In this document: piece after piece, positions 1 to 9,070 of the stretch | How the letters are laid out: every line of letters starts with the position of its first letter | Position numbering within the stretch: the first letter of the stretch is position 1 | Origin: a virus | Lineage: Duplodnaviria > Caudoviricetes | Length of the DNA stretch: 64,000 nucleotides | Virus record (IMG/VR): IMGVR_UViG_3300023073_000003 | Location: 4,944 to 68,943 of that record | Direction: 5' to 3' (one strand) | Position numbers and translations under genes: made by a program | The notes under the pieces: generated by a model | Told to the model about the DNA's origin: nothing | The model's database searches: none | The model's input: the letters and a program-made list of their open reading frames with translations, nothing else

Positions 1-103
1 GACGTTCGAGGGGACGGACGAGATCGGCGCGGTGCTGGCGATCATGAAGCACTTCAAGCAGCTGGACCGGCGCAACGAGCGCAAGCGGAGGAAGGATGGA
101 TGA
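1..103 (+). CDS. 3' end of small hypothetical protein (D-x-x-x-A small-protein family)
   Basis: Frame 2 reads TFEGTDEIGAVLAIMKHFKQLDRRNERKRRKDG*; closely resembles the C-terminus of 285..500. Confidence 0.6.
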   Translation, partial: TFEGTDEIGAVLAIMKHFKQLDRRNERKRRKDG

Positions 104-285
104 CGGTCGACGACATCATCGGCGTCGAGGAGTTCGGGCCGGACGGCGCCGGCGTATGGGGCGTGGTCCTACTCGTCCGCGCACCCAATGGCACGGTCCG
201 GCTACCCTTCTTCCAGACCGATGTGCTGGGGGCCTATGCGCGCTTCCTGCAGGCGACGGAGGCGGGCGACGGGAGGAAACCATAA
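100..285 (+). CDS. small hypothetical protein (D-x-x-x-A family)
   Basis: ATGA-coupled ORF; motif TDVLGAYARF. Confidence 0.7.
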   Translation: MTVDDIIGVEEFGPDGAGVWGVVLLVRAPNGTVRLPFFQTDVLGAYARFLQATEAGDGRKP

Positions 286-500
286 TGCGTGAAATCCTCT
301 CCGTCGAGGAGAACACCACCTACTTCGGGCCGACCGCGCTGCCGGAAATCTACGGCACGCGGATCACGTTCCGCACGGTGCAGGGCTTTACCAGCTGGAA
401 GTTCTTCAGGGACGTCGACGCCATCAAGGCGCTCGCGCTGCTGATGAGGCACTTCGAGCGGCTCGACGCGCGCAACGCTAAAGGGAGGAAAAGGAAGTGA
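285..500 (+). CDS. small hypothetical protein (D-x-x-x-A family)
   Basis: TAATG coupling, GGAGG RBS; motif VDAIKALALLMRHF. Confidence 0.7.
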   Translation: MREILSVEENTTYFGPTALPEIYGTRITFRTVQGFTSWKFFRDVDAIKALALLMRHFERLDARNAKGRKRK

Positions 501-709
501 GGCGCTCCATCGTGCGCATCGTTGAGCGCTGGCGCCCCGGCAAGCGCTGGGCCGTCGTCTACTACACCAACCTTGCGGGACAGATGTCCCGCAAGGTGTT
601 CGAGAACGTGGATGCGCTAGCAGCGTACCAGCTGTTCATCGAGCACGACAAACGGCTGGACATGAGTGCAGCTAGCAAACTACAGAGAAGGAGCAAACAG
701 AATGAATAA
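497..709 (+). CDS. small hypothetical protein (D-x-x-x-A family)
   Basis: GTGA overlap; motif VDALAAYQLF. Confidence 0.7.
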   Translation: MRRSIVRIVERWRPGKRWAVVYYTNLAGQMSRKVFENVDALAAYQLFIEHDKRLDMSAASKLQRRSKQNE

Positions 710-923
710 GCCCGTAACCCTAGCAATCGGAACGTGGGGGGAGGCTGACACCCAGTACCTCTATGCGTTCTCCAACCTCCCTGCGGCGCGTGCGTTCGTC
801 GCCGCACAGACGAAGGCGCCGCACAAGGGCTGCCCGGTCACGCACTGGCACGTCTTCACGACGGGGGTGCACGACAAGGCGGCGACCGCCAACACCGAAC
901 ACACCGAATTTCTCGAAGCCTGA
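702..923 (+). CDS. hypothetical protein
   Basis: AAGGAG RBS before ATG 702; overlaps upstream stop. Confidence 0.65.
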   Translation: MNKPVTLAIGTWGEADTQYLYAFSNLPAARAFVAAQTKAPHKGCPVTHWHVFTTGVHDKAATANTEHTEFLEA

Positions 924-940
924 ACCGAAAGGAAACTAAC

Positions 941-1789
941 GTGTCTATCTCTAACGCTGCAATGCTTGTGGAAATGAACCTGTCGGTGTGGACCGCACAG
1001 AAGAACGACAAGGGCGCGACCGCCAAGGTCACGACCGACGCCAACGCGCGCTCCGATGCCGGCAACTTCAAGAAGAACCTGATGGCCGGCACCAACCGTA
1101 GAAAGGAGATCGCCGACTATGCCGCGATGTGCCGGACGTGGCACAACGGCAAGACGCTGCCGTGGTCCGACAAGGGCGTGCGGCTGCTGCCGACGTCGCT
1201 GTTCCTCGCCTACAAGAGCGAGATCAACACGCGCCGTGCCGAGTTCGACACGATGGTGGCGGCGTTCCTCGCCGAGTACCCGACGCTGGTCGCGGCCGCG
1301 CACCGGCACATGGGCTCGCTGTTCGACCCGAACGACTATCCGCATGTCGACGAGGTCGCGACCAAGTTCGGCTTCCGCACCGTGTTCTCGCCCGTGCCCG
1401 AGGCCGGCGACTTCCGGCTCGACGTGCCGAAGGCGGAGATGGCTGAGCTCAAGACGCAGTACGAGGTCGCCTATGAGGCGCGCGTCGACGACGCGATGGG
1501 CTCGGCATGGACCAAGTTCTACGAGATGCTCAAGGGTATGTCGGACAAGCTGGTCGAGCCCGAGGACGGCACCAAGGTGTTCCACGCCACCTTCACCTCG
1601 AACGCGGTCGAGCTCTGCGAGATGCTGACGCACCTCAACATCACCAAGGACCCGCACTTGGAAAAGTCGCGGCGCGATCTGGAGAAGGCCATCGCGAACG
1701 TCGACATCGCGGACATCCGCAAGGACGCTGGCACGCGGGCCGACGTCAAGGCGCAGGTCGATGCGATCCTCGATGCTTACGACTGGTAA
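941..1789 (+). CDS. DUF3150-like protein
   Basis: N-terminal LVEMNLSVWTAQK, FLAEYP and FGF...FSPVP pattern recalled from DUF3150-type proteins that accompany MoxR AAA/vWA genes. Confidence 0.6.
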   Translation: MSISNAAMLVEMNLSVWTAQKNDKGATAKVTTDANARSDAGNFKKNLMAGTNRRKEIADYAAMCRTWHNGKTLPWSDKGVRLLPTSLFLAYKSEINTRRAEFDTMVAAFLAEYPTLVAAAHRHMGSLFDPNDYPHVDEVATKFGFRTVFSPVPEAGDFRLDVPKAEMAELKTQYEVAYEARVDDAMGSAWTKFYEMLKGMSDKLVEPEDGTKVFHATFTSNAVELCEMLTHLNITKDPHLEKSRRDLEKAIANVDIADIRKDAGTRADVKAQVDAILDAYDW

Positions 1790-1979
1790 GGGCCGCGCCG
1801 AGATCGTCCGCATCGTCGTGCGCAGCGATCACACAGTGCGGGGGCTGACCCAGTTCCGGGCCTATGTCCGGGTGAACGGAGCGAGGCGGGAGCGCAAGCG
1901 CGACTGCCTCGCCACCGACATGCTGGCGGCGTTCGCCAAGACGCAGGCGGCCTACCGCATCCGAGGCTTCGAGGTGTGA
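1773..1979 (+). CDS. small hypothetical protein (D-x-x-x-A family)
   Basis: motif ATDMLAAFAK, C-terminus YRIRGFEV; start uncertain. Confidence 0.6.
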   Translation: MLTTGKGRAEIVRIVVRSDHTVRGLTQFRAYVRVNGARRERKRDCLATDMLAAFAKTQAAYRIRGFEV

Positions 1980-2152
1980 GAAAGGTCGAGATCGTCGAAG
2001 TCGAGTGCCTCGACAGGCGCGCGCTATACTTCATCGGCTTCGAGGTGGAAGGGAGCAACGAGCAGCTATGGGTGACGGTGACGGCGAAGGATGCGCTCGA
2101 CGCATTCCAGAAAGGGGTGTTGCGCCTGCGAGCGGACGGCTGGTGTATCTGA
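1976..2152 (+). CDS. small hypothetical protein, 58 aa (D-x-x-x-A family; not in ORF track)
   Basis: GTGA overlap; manual translation VRKVEIVEVE...AKDALDAFQKGVLRLRADGWCI*. Confidence 0.65.
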   Translation: MRKVEIVEVECLDRRALYFIGFEVEGSNEQLWVTVTAKDALDAFQKGVLRLRADGWCI

Positions 2153-2349
2153 GAGGCAAGCGCGCCAAGCGGAAGAAGGTCAAGCCGCTGGCGGTGATCC
2201 TGTCGATCACCTGCGATCATCATCGCTCCTTCCGGGTGGTCTTCCTTGGGCGCAACCGGGAGCAGTCGCTGTGGGTCTATGCCCTCGACGAGATCGGGGC
2301 GTTCGTCCGCGTCAGGGAGGTAATCGAGAGCAGAGGGTATCGGCTCTAA
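2143..2349 (+). CDS. small hypothetical protein (D-x-x-x-A family)
   Basis: motif ALDEIGAFVRV, C-terminus IESRGYRL; start uncertain. Confidence 0.6.
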   Translation: MYLRGKRAKRKKVKPLAVILSITCDHHRSFRVVFLGRNREQSLWVYALDEIGAFVRVREVIESRGYRL

Positions 2350-2549
2350 TGGCAAAGCACCGCGCGATGATCCTCAAGATCGAGGAGCAACCTATGTCGT
2401 ACGAGAGCGACACACCGAGGTACAAAATCTGGTTCAAGGTAATGAAGCGGGGCGGTGACGTGCGCGAAGGCGTGGTCTGGGCGCGTGATCCACTCGATGC
2501 CTTCATAGTGGCGAAGGGCTACATCAGGGGCAGGGGGTATCGCATCTGA
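2349..2549 (+). CDS. small hypothetical protein (D-x-x-x-A family)
   Basis: TAATG coupling; motif ARDPLDAFIVA, C-terminus IRGRGYRI. Confidence 0.7.
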   Translation: MAKHRAMILKIEEQPMSYESDTPRYKIWFKVMKRGGDVREGVVWARDPLDAFIVAKGYIRGRGYRI

Positions 2550-2740
2550 TGTGGTACATCAGCTTCGAGTATCGCATCAGCGATATGACCATCCACATCC
2601 GCAGCATCCGGCCCGCCACCTTAGGCCAGCCGGCATTCCGCGAGTGGTTCCTGTCCAACGCCGTCGACGAGCTCGGCGCCTATCTGGAGTTCGTGAAGCA
2701 CATACGTGAGAACACATCCTACGAAGTGAAGGAGCAATGA
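2549..2740 (+). CDS. small hypothetical protein (D-x-x-x-A family)
   Basis: TGATG coupling; motif AVDELGAYLEF. Confidence 0.7.
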   Translation: MWYISFEYRISDMTIHIRSIRPATLGQPAFREWFLSNAVDELGAYLEFVKHIRENTSYEVKEQ

Positions 2741-2741
2741 C

Positions 2742-3632
2742 ATGAAGACCAAGATCAAGATGGACCTGCCCAATACCTACCGCGAGTTCGAGATGGGCGA
2801 CGAGCTCGACGTCAACAACGTCAACCCCATAGTCGGCTACTTCATGCGGTCGCTGATCTGCCGGCTGCACCGTGAGCGTCCGGAGTGGGAGTTCCGCTCC
2901 GAGTGGGCGCATGCCGCCAAGGTGCACACTAGCAAGTCCGAGCACACCCGGTTTGAAATCTACGACGGCGACGACAAGATCGGCCGCATCTTGGCCACCA
3001 CCAAATACGTCAAGGGTACGAACGTACGTGCGTATGAGTACGAGAACCACCGCACGGCCAACGCGCGGCGGCGCGGCGGCGCGACCACCACGGTCAGCGA
3101 GAACAAGGCGTTCAGCGACATCACCAACAACTTCTATTCGCTGACCGTCCCCGAGCGCATCTCCGCTGCCGAGGGTACGCTCAACTCGCAGCTGACCAAC
3201 CACAGCAGCAAGGCGTCGCGCGCGGCGACCGAGGCCAAGGGCAAGCTCGACAAGGCGATCCTCAACTTCACCATGCGCCGCTGGAAGGAGTTCATCGGCG
3301 AGGTGGGCGATCCCGAACTGGAGGAGATCGCACGCGGCTTCCCCAAGCTGGCGCGCACCGCGCAGCAGATGGCCAAGCTTAGCATGGCCCGCACCAATGG
3401 CGAGGGCTACATCATCGTCGACCGGGGCGAGCGCTACATCGTCAAGCGCACCGGCGAGGGCACCAAGGCGCTGGTGATCCCGGCGGCCGAACTGCCCGAC
3501 GCGCTGCGCGCCGGCGTGGGGATGCTGAAGCTGATCGAGCCGAACATCCCCGTGGTCGACGTTGGCATCAAGGCGTCGACCAGTGTATATCTGATCGCCG
3601 TGCTGGGCGAGGAAGAGGAAGTGCTATCATGA
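2742..3632 (+). CDS. hypothetical protein, 296 aa
   Basis: long ORF, phage-like codon usage, AAGGAG RBS. Confidence 0.8.
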   Translation: MKTKIKMDLPNTYREFEMGDELDVNNVNPIVGYFMRSLICRLHRERPEWEFRSEWAHAAKVHTSKSEHTRFEIYDGDDKIGRILATTKYVKGTNVRAYEYENHRTANARRRGGATTTVSENKAFSDITNNFYSLTVPERISAAEGTLNSQLTNHSSKASRAATEAKGKLDKAILNFTMRRWKEFIGEVGDPELEEIARGFPKLARTAQQMAKLSMARTNGEGYIIVDRGERYIVKRTGEGTKALVIPAAELPDALRAGVGMLKLIEPNIPVVDVGIKASTSVYLIAVLGEEEEVLS

Positions 3633-3790
3633 GGCAATCGGACCGCACGGGCACCGCCATTGCCTTCATCGGTGTCGGCATGTGGCTGGGGACGTGGCTT
3701 GGCGCCACACTTGCCGAGCGTGGGCTGATCGTCGCCACCGCCGTCGCCTTTATCGGGTTCGTGATCCGGTATTGGGGGAGGAGCTACTGA
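3629..3790 (+). CDS. small membrane protein, 53 aa (two hydrophobic segments)
   Basis: Manual translation MRQSDRTGTAIAFIGVGMWLGTWLG...AVAFIGFVIRYWGRSY*; coupled at both ends. Confidence 0.55.
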   Translation: MRQSDRTGTAIAFIGVGMWLGTWLGATLAERGLIVATAVAFIGFVIRYWGRSY

Positions 3791-4011
3791 TGAGTAACAC
3801 GCTACCAGAACTAAAGAAGGAGTTGGACCGATGGCCGGGCGTAAGCTCGACCATCGACCACGGCACCCGCCATCCCCGCATCGTGCTCAAGCACAATGGC
3901 ACCACGCGCTTCGTCGTCTACAGCGGCTCGCGCGTCGGCACACGGGGGGTTCTCAACAACGTCGCCAACCTGCGCCGCGCGCTGCGCGAGATGGGCGCGA
4001 CTAGGGCTTGA
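3790..4011 (+). CDS. small basic protein, possibly HicA-like fold
   Basis: GGAG RBS; GTRHPRIVLKHNG...NNVANLRRALR resembles the HicA pattern. Confidence 0.45.
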   Translation: MSNTLPELKKELDRWPGVSSTIDHGTRHPRIVLKHNGTTRFVVYSGSRVGTRGVLNNVANLRRALREMGATRA

Positions 4012-4042
4012 CCTTACCGCTGGTAAGGTGCAGGATGCACAC

Positions 4043-4354
4043 ATGGCACGCACACCGGAGGGTCGAGTCAAGGACTATGTTGTCGACATACTCAAGAGCG
4101 AGGGGGTTTACTACTTCCTCCCCGCGACTGGTGGGTTCGGCCGATCCGGTGTGCCCGACATTGTGGCCTGCGTTGCTGGAATATTTCTCGGCATTGAATG
4201 CAAAGCGGGTCGCGGAAAAGCGACGGCGCTGCAAATGCGCGAGTTGCACCGCATTGCGGCTGCTGGAGGCGTCGGCATCGTGGTGAACGAGCACAACATG
4301 GACCGCGTGCGCAGGCTGGTCCGCAAGATCAAGAGTTGGAAGGAGGCTGCGTGA
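4043..4354 (+). CDS. VRR-NUC domain nuclease (Holliday junction resolvase-like)
   Basis: TPEGRVK, GVPDIVAC, FLGIECKAGRGKATALQ: PD-(D/E)xK VRR-NUC signature. Confidence 0.9.
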   Translation: MARTPEGRVKDYVVDILKSEGVYYFLPATGGFGRSGVPDIVACVAGIFLGIECKAGRGKATALQMRELHRIAAAGGVGIVVNEHNMDRVRRLVRKIKSWKEAA

Positions 4355-4632
4355 GCTACGCAATCGAACACGACATTCCCATCCCGCCGAAGCGTATCCA
4401 CACGCCGGCGGTGTCCAAGTACGACTTCGCCTCGCTGGAGGTGGGCGACAGCTTCGCCGTGCCGCTGGGCACCGAGCGGCGCGGCACCAACTTCCTCAAC
4501 GCGCAGCGCCTGACGGCGGCGGCGGTCAACTACAAGCAGCGCCGCCCCGGTGCGCCGGGCGTGCCGGGCTGGAACTTCACGGTCCGCACGCTCAAGGACG
4601 AAGGCGTAGCCCGCATCTGGAGGACTGCCTGA
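4351..4632 (+). CDS. conserved phage small protein (SKYDF..LEVGDSF type), possible DNA-binding protein
   Basis: HDIPIP...KYDFASLEVGDSFAVP...RIWR pattern; related to 18818..19012. Confidence 0.65.
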   Translation: MSYAIEHDIPIPPKRIHTPAVSKYDFASLEVGDSFAVPLGTERRGTNFLNAQRLTAAAVNYKQRRPGAPGVPGWNFTVRTLKDEGVARIWRTA

Positions 4633-5124
4633 ATGTCAGCCAAGCAGACCCCGGAGAGCTTCTGGGCGCGCGTCGACAAGCGCGACCCCGACGAATGCTG
4701 GCCGTGGACTGGCTCCGTTAATAATTCGGGCTACGGCACCGTCAGTTGGCACGGGATGAGCTACGTCGCGCATCGTGTGGCGGCATGGTTGTCGGGGCTC
4801 GTCGCGCAGCCGCGCATGCCGCGCAAGTCGACTGATCCGACCCATGTCCTGCACCGCTGCGATAACCCTCCGTGCTGCAACCCGGAGCACTTCTTTTTGG
4901 GCACCTACAGGGACAATATGCTCGACGCTTACGCGAAGCAGCGCAAGTTACAACCCAAGGGCGAGAAGCATAGCAACGCTAAGTTGACCGACTTACAAGC
5001 ATCGGTTATCCGTTCTCGTTATGCGGCGGGTGAGCGCCAAGTCCCGCTCGCCAAGGAGTTCGGTGTGAGCCAGTGCGCCATTAGTCTTATTGTTCGTGGG
5101 GAGACGTACAAGTGGACGTATTAG
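4633..5124 (+). CDS. HNH homing endonuclease with C-terminal HTH
   Basis: FWARVDK, ECWPWTG, AHRVA, VLHRCDNPPCCNPEH, AKLT...HTH; free-standing next to the DNA polymerase. Confidence 0.9.
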   Translation: MSAKQTPESFWARVDKRDPDECWPWTGSVNNSGYGTVSWHGMSYVAHRVAAWLSGLVAQPRMPRKSTDPTHVLHRCDNPPCCNPEHFFLGTYRDNMLDAYAKQRKLQPKGEKHSNAKLTDLQASVIRSRYAAGERQVPLAKEFGVSQCAISLIVRGETYKWTY

Positions 5125-6974
5125 TTTACGACTTCGAAACGTTCTACGACAGGGACTATTCCCTATCGAAGCTCACGACGGAGGAATATCTCCGCGACGA
5201 GCGCTATGAAACCATCGGGGTCAGCGTCAAGAAGAACAACGAGCCGGGGGAGTGGTTCACCGGCGACGAGGCCGACATCAAGCTGTGGCTGCACCGCTTC
5301 GACTGGGAGCATTCCATCGGCGTCGCGCACCACGCGCAGTTCGACGCCAGCATCCTCAACTGGAAGTTCGGCATCAAACCAAAGAAGATCGCGTGCACGC
5401 TCAGCATGGCGCGCGCCATCGACGGCCCCGATGCTGGCAACTCGCTCGCCAAGCTGGCCGAGCGGCACGGGCTGGGCGTCAAGGGCAACGACGTGATTAG
5501 CGCGCTGGGCATGCGCCGGCATATGTTCCAGCGCGGCCACATGCAGGATTACGGCCGGTACTGCGTCAACGACGGCGACCTATGCTTCGGCCTGTTCGCC
5601 AAGTTCGCGCCGCTGCTGCCAGCGAGCGAGCTCAACCTCATCGATCTTACCATCCGTATGTTTTCCGAGCCGGTGCTCGAACTCGACCACGGCATCCTCG
5701 CCGAGCATCTTGCCGCCGTGCAGCTGAAGAAGGAGAAGCTGCTCAGCCGGCTGGTGGGCCTCGACCGTTCGGTCCTGATGAGCAACCCGCAGCTGGCCGA
5801 ACTGCTCCAACTGCTGGGCGTCGACCCGCCCAAGAAGATCAGCCGCACCACCGGCAAGATAGCGTGGGCGTTCGGCAAGACTGACCCCGGCTTCAAGGAC
5901 CTGCTCGACCACGACGATTGGCGCGTGCAGGCGGTTGTGGCGGCCCGCATAGGGGTCAAGAGCACGCTGGAGGAGACACGGACCATCCGGCTCATGGATG
6001 TGGCCACACGGGGCGCGCTGCCCGTTCCGCTGCGGTATTACGCGGCGCACACCGGGCGCTGGGGCGGCGACGGCAAGCTCAACCTGCAGAACCTGCCACG
6101 CTCCGCCGCGATCAAGAAGGCGATCAAGGCGCCCAAGGGCACCAAGTACATCGACGTCGACAGCAGCCAGATCGAAGCACGCACGCTGGCGTGGCTCGCT
6201 GGCCAGTACAGCCTCGTGCAAATCTTCGAGAAGAACAACGAGGAGATCGCCGCCGGCGTGCCGAAGAAGGAGATGCAGTTCGATCCGTACCGCGTCATGG
6301 CATCGGACATCTACTACATCGCGCCCGACCAGATCGACGACGACCAGCGCTTCATGGGTAAGACCACCCTGCTGGGCTGCGGCTACGGCATGGGCGCGGC
6401 CAAGTTCCAGATGCAGCTGAAGGCGATGGGCCGCGACCTCGACCTTGAGGAGTGCAAGCGCATCGTCAATATTTACCGGCGCACCTACTCGCAAATCCCC
6501 CGGCTGTGGAAGCAGGGCGACAAGGTGCTGCAGGCGCTGATCGACGGCCAGACCACCACCTATGGCAAGGTGGGCGCGGTCAACATTGATTTGCTGGGCA
6601 TCCGCCTGCCCAATGGGCTCTACATCCGCTACGACGGCCTGCGCAACGAGCCGCACTCTAACGGCGACGCGCGCTACATCTACGACCGCGTGCGCGGTAA
6701 GTCGAAGGTGCCGACCGACCTGTGGGGCGGGACCGTCACCGAGAACGTCTGCCAAGCGCTGGCCCGCATCATCGTCGGCGAGCAGATGCTCGCGATCCGC
6801 AAGCGCTACCGCCCGGTGCTGACCGTGCACGACGCCGCCGGCATCATCGCGCCGACCGCCGAGGCGGTGCAGGCGCGGGCGTTCGCCGAGGGCTGCATGC
6901 GCATCCGGCCGAAGTGGGCCGAGGGCCTGCCACTCAACTGTGAAAGCAAGATGGGAGCCAGCTATGGCGGATGA
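5112..6974 (+). CDS. polA: family A DNA polymerase with 3'-5' exonuclease
   Basis: ExoI DFET, ExoII HAQFD, ExoIII YCVND; HTGRW; motif A DSSQIEAR; motif B RFMGKTTLLGCGYG; motif C VHD. Confidence 0.95.
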   Translation: MDVLVYDFETFYDRDYSLSKLTTEEYLRDERYETIGVSVKKNNEPGEWFTGDEADIKLWLHRFDWEHSIGVAHHAQFDASILNWKFGIKPKKIACTLSMARAIDGPDAGNSLAKLAERHGLGVKGNDVISALGMRRHMFQRGHMQDYGRYCVNDGDLCFGLFAKFAPLLPASELNLIDLTIRMFSEPVLELDHGILAEHLAAVQLKKEKLLSRLVGLDRSVLMSNPQLAELLQLLGVDPPKKISRTTGKIAWAFGKTDPGFKDLLDHDDWRVQAVVAARIGVKSTLEETRTIRLMDVATRGALPVPLRYYAAHTGRWGGDGKLNLQNLPRSAAIKKAIKAPKGTKYIDVDSSQIEARTLAWLAGQYSLVQIFEKNNEEIAAGVPKKEMQFDPYRVMASDIYYIAPDQIDDDQRFMGKTTLLGCGYGMGAAKFQMQLKAMGRDLDLEECKRIVNIYRRTYSQIPRLWKQGDKVLQALIDGQTTTYGKVGAVNIDLLGIRLPNGLYIRYDGLRNEPHSNGDARYIYDRVRGKSKVPTDLWGGTVTENVCQALARIIVGEQMLAIRKRYRPVLTVHDAAGIIAPTAEAVQARAFAEGCMRIRPKWAEGLPLNCESKMGASYGG

Positions 6975-7605
6975 ACACCCTGTGGTTACGCTGTTGATCG
7001 CACGTATGACGAGCCATCCCGAGGAGTTCTTTACTCCCCCTTTGCGGTGGGAGGTATTCGTCAACGATGCGCGCACGCACGCCACGCCCGAGGACCGGGA
7101 GAAGCTGCAGGCGGCGCTCTCGGCAGTCTGTATGGACCGCCTGCATGCCAATGTGATCGACGAGCTTCTGAATGGCGACGAGCGGCGCGCGGCGCTGGCG
7201 GAGCAGCAGCAACAGCAGGCACGCGCGGCCAGCGTGCAGAACGTCGCGCGCCAGCAGGCCAAGGCGAACGCGCTCGCGCAAGGCTATGGCAGTCAGGCAC
7301 CTCTGACGGCAATGACGGCAGCCGAACTGCAGCACCAGATGAACACGATGGGCACATCGATGCAGAACCTGTTCAATCAGGCGCAGCCATCCTTGGGTAT
7401 CGTAGATAGCCAAGGGGTACAGCAGTCGCTCACCGGCGACGACCTGCGCCAGATGAAGGGGCTGCTCGGCAAGCGCGCCGACAGGGTCATCCTCGACGAT
7501 CCGTTTGCACCGGGCGAGTGGCGCCCGCTGATGAGCGAGCCGTACCCGACGAACAAGGGCACCCTGCTCGGCTCGGTCAAGAGTTTTTTCAAAGGAGGCG
7601 TCTGA
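6964..7605 (+). CDS. hypothetical protein, Gln/Ala-rich centre
   Basis: ORF with RBS, overlapping the pol stop. Confidence 0.7.
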   Translation: MADEHPVVTLLIARMTSHPEEFFTPPLRWEVFVNDARTHATPEDREKLQAALSAVCMDRLHANVIDELLNGDERRAALAEQQQQQARAASVQNVARQQAKANALAQGYGSQAPLTAMTAAELQHQMNTMGTSMQNLFNQAQPSLGIVDSQGVQQSLTGDDLRQMKGLLGKRADRVILDDPFAPGEWRPLMSEPYPTNKGTLLGSVKSFFKGGV

Positions 7606-8621
7606 TGGTCTCGCCGCGCATGCGCAACTTCCTGAACTCGACCACGGCCGGGCAGGACAGCGTAGAAGTACCGATCAAGTTCCGCGAGATGTTCTCGCAA
7701 TCACTGCAGGAGTTGAAAGACGACGATGCTAGCGTTCTCATACTAGTCAAAGGAAGCAAGATCATGTCACATGCCTACAAGGACCGCTCCAACGGGCGTG
7801 GGTTCTACACCGACCCAGCGTCGCGACGGAACGAAGCGAAGTTGTTCTGTACACAATGCAACTTCACCGGCAAGATGCCGATGAAATCATTAATGCCCCC
7901 CGACCAGATTGATAAGAAGTTCGTGCAGCGTGGCTGGGAGCTCGATCCCAACATCTGCCCGACCTGCGTGGAGATCGCACGCAAGGCCCGTCTTACCGCG
8001 CGTAAGAACCGCATGGAAGGCACCGAGACGGACGACAATGTCGTCGACATCACTATCGCGACGGAGATCGAAGAAGTGGGCAAGCCGACATTGAAGCTGG
8101 CACTGACGCGCGGCGCACCGACGCCCAAGCCGGTCCACGAGGCCGCTGAGGCGCTGTTCAAGCCCAAGGTGCCCGAAGCTGCCTCCGAGCCGCGCAATGC
8201 CGCTGTGCCGCGTCCGCAGCCCGAACCGCAGCCTATTCCAGCACCTGCCCCCACACCGAAAGTCGAGAGCAACACCATGGCCACCACCAACGCCACCGTC
8301 CTTGAGCAAGCCGACGCCGCCACCCGGCTCAAGACCCGCCGCATGCACGCGCTGCTGCGCGAGCACTTCAACATCGACGCCGGCCGCTACGTCGGCGACT
8401 GGACCGACGCCAAGATCGGCCACGAGTGCGGCCTGCTGCCGGCCGTGATCGCGAACGAGCGCTCGCTGGGCTACGGCGACCTCAAGGAGCCGACCGAGGT
8501 GTCGGCGATCCGCGCCGAGATCGCCGGCCTGCATGAGATGGCCGACGAGGTGCACAACGCGATCATCGCGGTCGAGCGCCGGCTGGCGGACTTCGTCAAG
8601 TCGCAGGGGTTCGAGGCGTGA
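7605..8621 (+). CDS. hypothetical protein with CxxC/CxxC Zn-ribbon and C-terminal HTH-like/coiled-coil region
   Basis: CTQC and CPTC; GGAGG RBS; TGATG coupling. Confidence 0.7.
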   Translation: MVSPRMRNFLNSTTAGQDSVEVPIKFREMFSQSLQELKDDDASVLILVKGSKIMSHAYKDRSNGRGFYTDPASRRNEAKLFCTQCNFTGKMPMKSLMPPDQIDKKFVQRGWELDPNICPTCVEIARKARLTARKNRMEGTETDDNVVDITIATEIEEVGKPTLKLALTRGAPTPKPVHEAAEALFKPKVPEAASEPRNAAVPRPQPEPQPIPAPAPTPKVESNTMATTNATVLEQADAATRLKTRRMHALLREHFNIDAGRYVGDWTDAKIGHECGLLPAVIANERSLGYGDLKEPTEVSAIRAEIAGLHEMADEVHNAIIAVERRLADFVKSQGFEA

Positions 8622-8845
8622 GCGGCTGGGAGCCTATCGCCACCGCACCCAAGGAGCCCCGGCTGGGCGTGCGGGGGCCGATCATCGTCGGTGTCGACGC
8701 CACCGGCACCATCTGCCGCACGGCATGGGTCCACGAGCACCACAAGGGCTCGAACGTCTGGCTCATGTTCACCGATGAGGGCCTGATGGAGTGGGAGCCG
8801 ACGCAGTGGGTGCCGGACCCGGGCGAAGGAGGGCACCGCACATGA
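8618..8845 (+). CDS. DUF551-like small phage protein
   Basis: WEPIATAPKE start and PTQW end. Confidence 0.6.
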   Translation: MSGWEPIATAPKEPRLGVRGPIIVGVDATGTICRTAWVHEHHKGSNVWLMFTDEGLMEWEPTQWVPDPGEGGHRT

Positions 8846-9069
8846 GCCTCCCGCAGAACCCCGTCTCGGGCAGCCTCACGCTCACCAACCCCGGTTTCAA
8901 CGACCGCTGGTCGTGCCCGAACTGCTTCGCCGAGCATGCTGGGCGTTCGCAGCGCGACAGCATCATCCGCTGCGGGTGCGGGGCCACGCTCAAGCTGACG
9001 CTCGAAGATCAGCCGGTGTGCCGCGCGACCTGCATCGATCCCGACCATGTCGAGGAGGACATCGACTGA
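8842..9069 (+). CDS. small Cys-rich protein
   Basis: CPNC, CGCG; ATGA coupling. Confidence 0.65.
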   Translation: MSLPQNPVSGSLTLTNPGFNDRWSCPNCFAEHAGRSQRDSIIRCGCGATLKLTLEDQPVCRATCIDPDHVEEDID

Positions 9070-9070
9070 C

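Noticed and set aside
5580-7262. Long antisense ORFs (e.g. 5580-7262, 11840-13576, 14005-15672, 16732-18756, 29005-30753, 33962-35512, 47902-49737)
   Set aside because: Shadow ORFs opposite well-supported genes, expected at high GC; no RBS or recognisable motifs.
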